Assembly: GCA_964016885.1 (NCBI GenBank)
Contig: OZ024753.1
Coordinates: forward strand, 15,004,001 to 15,068,000
Direction of reading: 5' to 3'
Length of the DNA stretch: 64,000 nucleotides
Origin: Eledone cirrhosa
Taxonomy: Eukaryota
In this document: in pieces, positions 54,655 through 64,000 of the stretch
Layout of the letters: each line of letters begins with the position of its first letter
Numbering within the stretch: the stretch's first letter is position 1
Program-made: the position numbers and the translations under genes
The notes under the pieces: model-generated
Told to the model about the DNA's origin: nothing
Seen by the model: the letters and a program-made list of their open reading frames with translations, nothing else
The model's database searches: none

Positions 54655-57600
54655 CAATGTCTAAGCTGCAGTCAGTAGGTGCTCTAGGTATGTACTTCTA
54701 TCTCTCTAGGGAGGTACTTCTATCTCTCTAGGGAGGTACTTCTATCCAATGTCTAAGCTGCAGTCAGTAGGTGCTCTAGGTATGTACTTCTATCTCTCTA
54801 GGGAGGTACTTCTATCTCTCTAGGGAGGTACTTCTATCCAATGTCTAAGCTGCAGTCAGTAGGTGCTCTAGGTATGTACTTCTATCTCTCTAGGGAGGTA
54901 CTTCTATCTCTCTAGGGAGGTACTTCTATCCAATGTCTAAGCTGCAGTCAGTAGGTGCTCTAGGTATGTACTTCTATCTCTCTAGGGAGGTACTTCTATC
55001 TCTCTAGGGAGGTACTTCTATCCAATGTCTAAGCTGCAGTCAGTAGGTGCTCTAGGTATGTACTTCTATCTCTCTAGGGAGGTACTTCTATCTCTCTAGG
55101 GAGGTACTTCTATCCAATGTCTAAGCTGCAGTCAGTAGGTGCTCTAGGTATGTACTTCTATCTCTCTAGGGAGGTACTTCTATCTCTCTAGGGAGGTACT
55201 TCTATCCAATGTCTAAGCTGCAGTCAGTAGGTGCTCTAGGTATGTACTTCTATCTCTCTAGGGAGGTACTTCTATCTTTCTAGGGAGGTACTTCTATCCA
55301 ATGTCTAAGCTGCAGTCAGTAGGTGCTCTAGGTATGTACTTCTATCTCTCTAGGTATGTACTTCTATCTCTCTAGGTATGTACTTCTATCTCTCTAGGGA
55401 GGTACTTCTATCCAATGTCTAAGCTGCAGTCAGTAGGTGCTCTAGGTATGTACTTCTATCTCTCTAGGTATGTACTTCTATCTCTCTAGGGAGGTACTTC
55501 TATCCAATGTCTAAGCTGCAGTCAGTAGGTGCTCTAGGTATGTACTTCTATCTCTCTAGGGAGGTACTTCTATCTCTCTAGGTATGTACTTCTATCTCTC
55601 TAGGGAGGTACTTCTATCCAATGTCTAAGCTGCAGTCAGTAGGTGCTCTAGGTATGTACTTCTATCTCTCTAGGTAGGTACTTCTATCTCTCTAGGGAGG
55701 TACTTCTATCCAATGTCTAAGCTGCGGTCAGTAGGTGCTCTAGGTATGTACTTCTATCTCTCTAGGTATGTACTTCTATCTCTCTAGGGAGGTACTTCTA
55801 TCCAATGTCTAAGCTGCAGTCAGTAGGTGCTCTAGGTATATACTTCTATCTCTCTAGGTAGGTACTTCTATCTCTCTAGGGAGGTACTTCTATCCAATGT
55901 CTAAGCTGCGGTCAGTAGGTGCTCTAGGTATGTACTTCTATCTCTCTAGGTATGTACTTCTATCTCTCTAGGTATGTACTTCTATCTCTCTAGGGAGGTA
56001 CTTCTATCCAATGTCTAAGCTGCAGTCAGTAGGTGCTCTAGGTATATACTTCTATCTCTCTAGGTAGGTACTTCTATCTCTCTAGGGAGGTACTTCTATC
56101 CAATGTCTAAGCTGCGGTCAGTAGGTGCTCTAGGTATGTACTTCTATCTCTCTAGGTATGTACTTCTATCTCTCTAGGTATGTACTTCTATCTCTCTAGG
56201 GAGGTACTTCTATCCAATGTCTAAGCTGCAGTCAGTAGGTGCTCTAGGTATATACTTCTATCTCTCTAGGTATGTACTTCTATCTCTCTAGGTATGTACT
56301 TCTATCTCTCTAGGTATGTACTTCTATCTCTCTAGGGAGGTACTTCTATCCAATGTCTAAGCTGCAGTCAGTAGGTGCTCTAGGTATGTACTTCTATCTC
56401 TCTAGGTATGTACTTCTATCTCTCTAGGGAGGTACTTCTATCCAATGTCTAAGCTGCAGTCAGTAGGTGCTCTAGGTATGTACTTCTATCTCTCTAGGGA
56501 GGTACTTCTATCTCTCTAGGTATGTACTTCTATCTCTCTAGGGAGGTACTTCTATCCAATGTCTAAGCTGCAGTCAGTAGGTGCTCTAGGTATGTACTTC
56601 TATCTCTCTAGGTAGGTACTTCTATCTCTCTAGGGAGGTACTTCTATCCAATGTCTAAGCTGCGGTCAGTAGGTGCTCTAGGTATGTACTTCTATCTCTC
56701 TAGGTATGTACTTCTATCTCTCTAGGTATGTACTTCTATCTCTCTAGGGAGGTACTTCTATCCAATGTCTAAGCTGCAGTCAGTAGGTGCTCTAGGTATA
56801 TACTTCTATCTCTCTAGGTATGTACTTCTATCTCTCTAGGGAGGTACTTCTATCCAATGTCTAAGCTGCGGTCAGTAGGTGCTCTAGGTATATACTTCTA
56901 TCTCTCTAGGTAGGTACTTCTATCTCTCTAGGGAGGTACTTCTATCCAATGTCTAAGCTGCGGTCAGTAGGTGCTCTAGGTATGTACTTCTATCTCTCTA
57001 GGGAGGTACTTCTATCCAATATCTAAGCTGCGGTCAGTAGGTGCTCTAGGTATATACTTCTATCTCTCTAGGTAGGTACTTCTATCTCTCTAGGGAGGTA
57101 CTTCTATCCAATGTCTAAGCTGCAGTCAGTAGGTGCTCTAGGTATGTACTTCTATCTCTCTAGGGAGGTACTTCTATCCAATGTCTAAGCTGCAGTCAGT
57201 AGGTGCTCTAGGTATATACTTCTATCTCTCTAGGTATGTACTTCTATCTCTCTAGGGAGGTACTTCTATCCAATGTCTAAGCTGCGGTCAGTAGGTGCTC
57301 TAGGTATGTACTTCTATCTCTCTAGGTATGTACTTCTATCTCTCTAGGTAGGTACTTCTATCCAATGTCTAAGCTGCGGTCAGTAGGTGCTCTAGGTATG
57401 TACTTCTATCTCTCTAGGTAGGTACTTCTATCCAATGTCTAAGCTGCGGTCAGTAGGTGCTCTAGGTATATACTTCTATCTCTCTAGGTAGGTACTTCTA
57501 TCTCTCTAGGGAGGTACTTCTATCCAATGTCTAAGCTGCAGTCAGTAGGTGCTCTAGGTATGTACTTCTATCTCTCTAGGGAGGTACTTCTATCCAATGT

Positions 57601-57876
57601 CTAAGCTGCAGTCAGTAGGTGCTCTAGGTATATACTTCTATCTCTCTAGGTATGTACTTCTATCTCTCTAGGGAGGTACTTCTATCCAATGTCTAAGCTG
57701 CGGTCAGTAGGTGCTCTAGGTATGTACTTCTATCTCTCTAGGTATGTACTTCTATCTCTCTAGGTAGGTACTTCTATCCAATGTCTAAGCTGCGGTCAGT
57801 AGGTGCTCTAGGTATGTACTTCTATCTCTCTAGGTAGGTACTTCTATCTCTCTAGGTATGTACTTCTATCTCTCTA
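54655..57876. repeat. Composite minisatellite: constant head plus a variable number of 22-bp subunits (monomers 70/92/114/136 bp)
   Basis: CAATGTCTAAGCTGCAGTCAGTAGGTGCTC + [TAGG(T/G)A(T/G)GTACTTCTATCTCTC]n. Confidence 0.95.
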
Positions 57877-58085
57877 CCAGAACTAACCACTGGTTCGGTG
57901 CTAATGTCTTCATTATCACCACTAATGATGTCACATACAATCTTCCAAGAAATTTGCTGCTTGTGTTCTATGAAATGATACCAAGTAGTAGTAGTAGTAG
58001 TAGTAGTAACAGTAGTAGTAATAGTAGTAGCAGCAGCAGCAGCAGTAGCAGCAGTAGTAGCAGTAGCAGCAGCAGTAGAAGTAGA

Positions 58086-58117
<32 letters not shown>

Positions 58118-58275
58118 TAGTAGTATCAGATAGATAAATAGATGTCTAGGAAGATAGATAAGCGCACACACACACACACACACATGTATTTATATGTCTC
58201 TCTCTCTCTCGCTCCCACTCTCTCTCTATATACACACACATATATATATATACACACACACACATATATATATAT

Positions 58276-58328
<53 letters not shown>

Positions 58329-58580
58329 GGGAGTAATAAGATGGTATTAGCTAATGGCGGCAGGAATACTAGATGGTATTACAACAAAATAACATATTCT
58401 TGTGATGTGGTACGTTAAGGCTTTCCAATACACAATAGACCTAATTCTCTTCCGATGTACGTCTTATAGTCTTATACATACACTCACACATAATATATAT
58501 ATATGTATATCACTCTCAAGAGCGTGAAACTAATAAACCTTCGTTCGTACTGCCTCTCTGTTTTGTTCCCGTTCCATTTT

Positions 58581-58584
<4 letters not shown>

Positions 58585-58654
<70 letters not shown>

Positions 58655-58938
58655 TATATATATACACACACACATATATATACACACACATATATATATA
58701 CACACACATACATATATATATATGCACATATATATATACACATATATATATATATACACATATATATACATATATATATATGCACATATATATATATATG
58801 CACATATATAGATATATATATGTGTGTGCATGTATATATGTGCATATATATATGCACACATATATATACATATATATATGCACACATATATATACATACA
58901 TATATATATGCACATATATATACGCACATATATATACA

Positions 58939-58972
<34 letters not shown>

Positions 58973-59103
58973 CATACAAATATATATATATAATGTAACA
59001 TTCATAGAGCACTCTTTTTTCCTGGACCTTTCCGACGGAATTACTTCATTTATATATATACATACATATACATATAGATAATACATACATACATATACAT
59101 ACA

Positions 59104-59135
<32 letters not shown>

Positions 59136-59274
59136 CATACATACACATATATGCATTCATATACATATACATATATATACATACGTACATATACATATAT
59201 ATATATATACAGACATACGTATACATATATATATATACATACATATATATATATATACATACATATATATATAT

Positions 59275-59319
<45 letters not shown>

Positions 59320-61095
59320 CATACATACACATATATATATACATACATACATACACATATATATATACATACATACATATATATATATATATACATACAT
59401 AATATACATATATGCATACATATACATATATGCATACATATATATATACATACGTACATATACATATATATTCATACGTACATATACATATATATTCATA
59501 GATACATATACATATATATTCATAGATACATATACATATATATTCATAGATACATACACATATATATACATACATACATACATAAAGATATATACATACA
59601 TACATATACATACATCCATATACATACACATATATATATACATACATATACATATATACATATACATATATATATACATACATATACATACATATACATA
59701 TACATACATACATATACACATACATATACATACACATATATATATACATACACATATATATATACATACATATATATATATATACATACATATATACATA
59801 CATATATATATATATACATACATATAGATATACATACATATAGATACATATACATATACATACATACACATATATATATATACATATATATACATACATA
59901 TACATACATACACATATATATATATACATATACATACATATACATATATATATATACATATATATACATATATATATATACATATATATACATATACATA
60001 TACATACATACACATATATATATATACATACATATACATACATACACATATATATATATACATACATACATACACATACATATATATACATACATACACA
60101 TACATATATATATATACATACATACACATACATATATATATATATACATACATACACATATATATATACATACATACACATATATATATATATATACATA
60201 CATACATACACATATATATATACATACATACATACACATATATATATACATACATACACATATATATATACATACATACACATATATATATACATACATA
60301 CATATATATATATATACATACATACACACATATATATATACATACATACACATATATATATATACATACATACACATATATATATATATACATACATACA
60401 TACATACACATATATATACATACATACACATATATATACATACATACACATATATATACATACATACATACATATACATACATACATACATACATATATA
60501 TACATACATACATACATACATACACATATATATATATACATACATACATACATATATATACATACATACATACATACACATATATATATATACATACATA
60601 CATACACATATATATATATACATACATACATACACATATGGTGGCTGCCAACTCGTTTTCGAGTACGGCCACTACTTTATATCCATGTAGGAGAACCCCT
60701 ACTGATGCGCTGAACGAGTGTGACTTTTTAGTCCAGCCAGCGACTTGAAAGCTCTGGTACAAACACTACACTTGTGACAATTATTGACACATAGTGCTGG
60801 GCCCATGGTACCATGTGACGACAAATGCAGAGAGATCTCCAGATATAAAGCAATGCCTGTGCCGTGAAGCTTTTATAGTGAGCAAAGGCACTGCACAAAG
60901 CCAGTCCCACTCTCTTAACCAAGATGATATTTACCAAAAAGAAGAACAAGTCAACATCATTGGATACCATCAGGGTTGCAGGTGTTATATCAGAGTTTTC
61001 CTTCTCCTAGAATTCTGCCTTGACAAAGGCTAAGGGGTCATCTCTCCCGGACATACACATATATATATATACATACATACATACATACATATATA

Positions 61096-61131
<36 letters not shown>

Positions 61132-61606
61132 CATACATACATACATACATATACATACATACATACATACATACATATACATACATACATACACACATAT
61201 ATATACATACATACATACATACATATACATACATACATACACACATATATATACATACATACATACATACACATATATATACATACATACATACACATAT
61301 ATATACATACATACATACACATATATATACATACATACATACACATATATATACATACATACATACACATATATACATATACATACATACATACATACAC
61401 ATACATATATACATACATACATACACATACATACATACACATATATATACATACATACATACATATACATATACATACATACACACATATATACATACAT
61501 ATACATACATACATACACGCATACATACATACATATACACACATACATATACACATACATACATACATACATATACACATACATACATATACACATACAT
61601 ACATAC

Positions 61607-61639
<33 letters not shown>

Positions 61640-61640
61640 A
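58585..61640. repeat. (TA)n/(CATA)n microsatellite blocks around a ~410-bp unique insert (60638-61050)
   Basis: Direct reading. Confidence 0.9.
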
Positions 61641-62099
61641 CAGTAAATGAGTAATAAATATACGTACATATTTATTCTACAAGCGATTTATAATGCGTAA
61701 TAATAGGCTTGATATAGTCGTACAATGTATCAATAATTACGGTATGTTGATAACTACTCTACTGATTATAGTGTATATACTACTGGTACATAAGCTGCTG
61801 TTGCTGGTGTCGATGTTGTAGATGGAATATCGACAGGATATCATACGGTAGGCTTCACTTCCTTTGTAAGTGAAGAGATATATTTGCAGAGAATGGTGTT
61901 ATGTCGTATCGTAATGTGGTTATGTAATGTTAATTGAATAAAATACACGTGGAAATATATCAAATTAAATAACGTGGAAACTGAATCAGAATTAGAAGGA
62001 CAACAACAACGACAACAAAAACAACAACAACAACAACAACAGCAACAACAACAGCTACAACAACAACAACAGCAACAACAATATCAACGATATCAACGA

Positions 62100-62290
62100 T
62101 AATTGTTTCTAATTTTTGGCACAAGGCCAGCAATTACACCAGTGCATTACTGGTACTTTATTTTATCGACCCCCGTTAGGATGAAAGGCAATGTTAACCT
62201 CGGCGGCTTTTGAACTCAGAACGCAAAGGGCCGTAACTCTGTGCTGTAGAACATGGTGTCTTACGCTCTACCGATACTGCCAATTCACCG
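62100..62290 (-). mobile_element. Full-length family A SINE
   Basis: Reverse complement of the consensus, from tail to A box. Confidence 0.8.
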
Positions 62291-62493
62291 TACTTAACAA
62301 TAACAACAATAGTAATAATTGATTCTAATTTTAGGCACAAGGCCAGCAATTTTGGGGGGATGGGAAAGTCTTTATTTCATCGACCCCATATATATATACC
62401 TACATGCACAGACACACACACAGACACATATATATATATATAACTTATATGGTATGTTCCTTGGCTATGTCTCTATTTATAAAACAAACTTTG

Positions 62494-62556
62494 TATTTTA
62501 TCTGATGAAAGCGTACCAAAGTTTTTTGGTACCCTTGAAATATATATAATAGAATA
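62494..62556 (+). ncRNA. Type I hammerhead, same family as 47828
   Basis: TATTTTAT-CTGATGA-AAG.GTACCAAA/TTTGGTAC.CTT-GAA-ATATATAT-A-ATAGAATA. Confidence 0.78.
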
Positions 62557-62687
62557 AATATGGTTTTATAAATATAGTTTCCATTTATTTAATATCATTG
62601 AATATTTACTCCAGAAACTGTCGAGTGCTCTGAATCAGTTATAAACATTTATATTTGTTATATCCAACAAATTAAATATCCCTTCTG

Positions 62688-62741
<54 letters not shown>

Positions 62742-63022
62742 TATATATATATATATATATATAGTAAAAGCTGAAGAATTACGTAGTAGGTTGTACAATA
62801 GTGATTATTTACAGTATTAACAATCGTTTCATTAGTCCGGTGTGTCTATAAATCGCTGATCGATAGAAGTTGTCACTCGACCTTAATTACAGTCGATACC
62901 TGACAAACTCGTCAGAATACTGAGATGTGTAAATGATACACTGCCTTAGTATTTATAGATACATGGGAGAATAAGATAAATGAAAACAATAATAATAATA
63001 ATAACATTAATGAAAATAATAA

Positions 63023-63054
<32 letters not shown>

Positions 63055-63094
63055 ACCGCTACTTCGATTACCTTAAACGATATATTGTTATCTA

Positions 63095-63126
<32 letters not shown>

Positions 63127-64000
63127 GTATATATATATGTATATATATATATCACAGAAAAAAAGAGAATCAGCGTTGCGACGAATGGAATTTATTGGAC
63201 ATATTACAATCGTTTCTCTGGCGACTAGCTCGGGGCACGATCGATGTGATCATCGAACCTGGCTCTGAAAATCGCACGGTCCTCAGATACGTCTTGATTC
63301 TACGAAGCAGATGTTCCTATCATACTCTGCTCCATGAGAGCATAGAGTGCTCAAACGGACGCTTTAAGCATCCAACACCAATTATATATATATATATATA
63401 TATATAAATATATATATATAATTATTCCAAGTAAACAAATTAGTCGACAGATTGTAGTTTAATCAGACGTAAGCACTCATCTACTTAGGTACCTTAAGTT
63501 ATTACCTATAAGGTATCAGACAGTGTTAATATTATAAAAAAGTGAGACAGTTTTATGTATACCTCCTACGTTAATTACACAGTTATGCGCATTTCAAAGA
63601 CATCAGAATGCATAATAATCCTTTGATGTATTGTTAAGGTGTAATATTTGCTTATGATATACTCGCGACAGTTTAGAACACGTTGATAGCACTGCGGCTA
63701 CAAATGAGTATATAACCAGATTGTTATCAGCGTGCTCAAAGTATGGCAAGCAACATCACACACATAAAAAACAATAAAGCTCTTTAACACCTGTTTGATG
63801 ACATCACATAAAAGGATTATTATGCAATCATTTTGATGTCTTCGAAATACGCATAACATTATTATATAACAAAAGTAGGATGTATACACAAAACTGTCTG
63901 TCTTCTTTACAATATATATATATATATATATAGATGTCTTCTTTACAATATATATAGAAGTGGTTACACAACAGTTAGTTCACCAACTAACTGTTGTGTA

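Noticed and set aside
58484-61669. Cys/Met/Tyr/Val-rich long ORFs
   Set aside because: (TATG)n/(TG)n translations.

Overview
Eukaryotic, repeat-saturated non-genic DNA, most likely octopus/cephalopod (inferred from the SINE families and extreme (TA)n content). No host protein-coding gene is supportable; nearly all ORF-track entries are microsatellite translations. Contents: multi-kb (TA)n-based microsatellite blocks, two minisatellite arrays, tRNA-derived SINEs, MITEs (Tc2/pogo-, hAT- and mariner-like), fragments of R4/Dong, CRE, RTE/RTE-X and CR1 LINEs, a young 5'-truncated Penelope-like element (RT + GIY-YIG, uninterrupted frame 38688-40106), and a ~6.4-kb near-identical duplication on either side of a 200-N gap. 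The most striking signal is a dense set of type I hammerhead ribozyme motifs, identified by eye with complementary stems: about 12 canonical cores plus variants, from about 7 sequence families. They lie in short repeats, many flanked by (TA)n and some arranged as inverted palindromes (including a head-to-head pair on opposite strands), which points to a Penelope-driven, TA-targeted family of ribozyme-bearing non-autonomous retroelements. All calls are by manual reading; no searches or folding programs were run.
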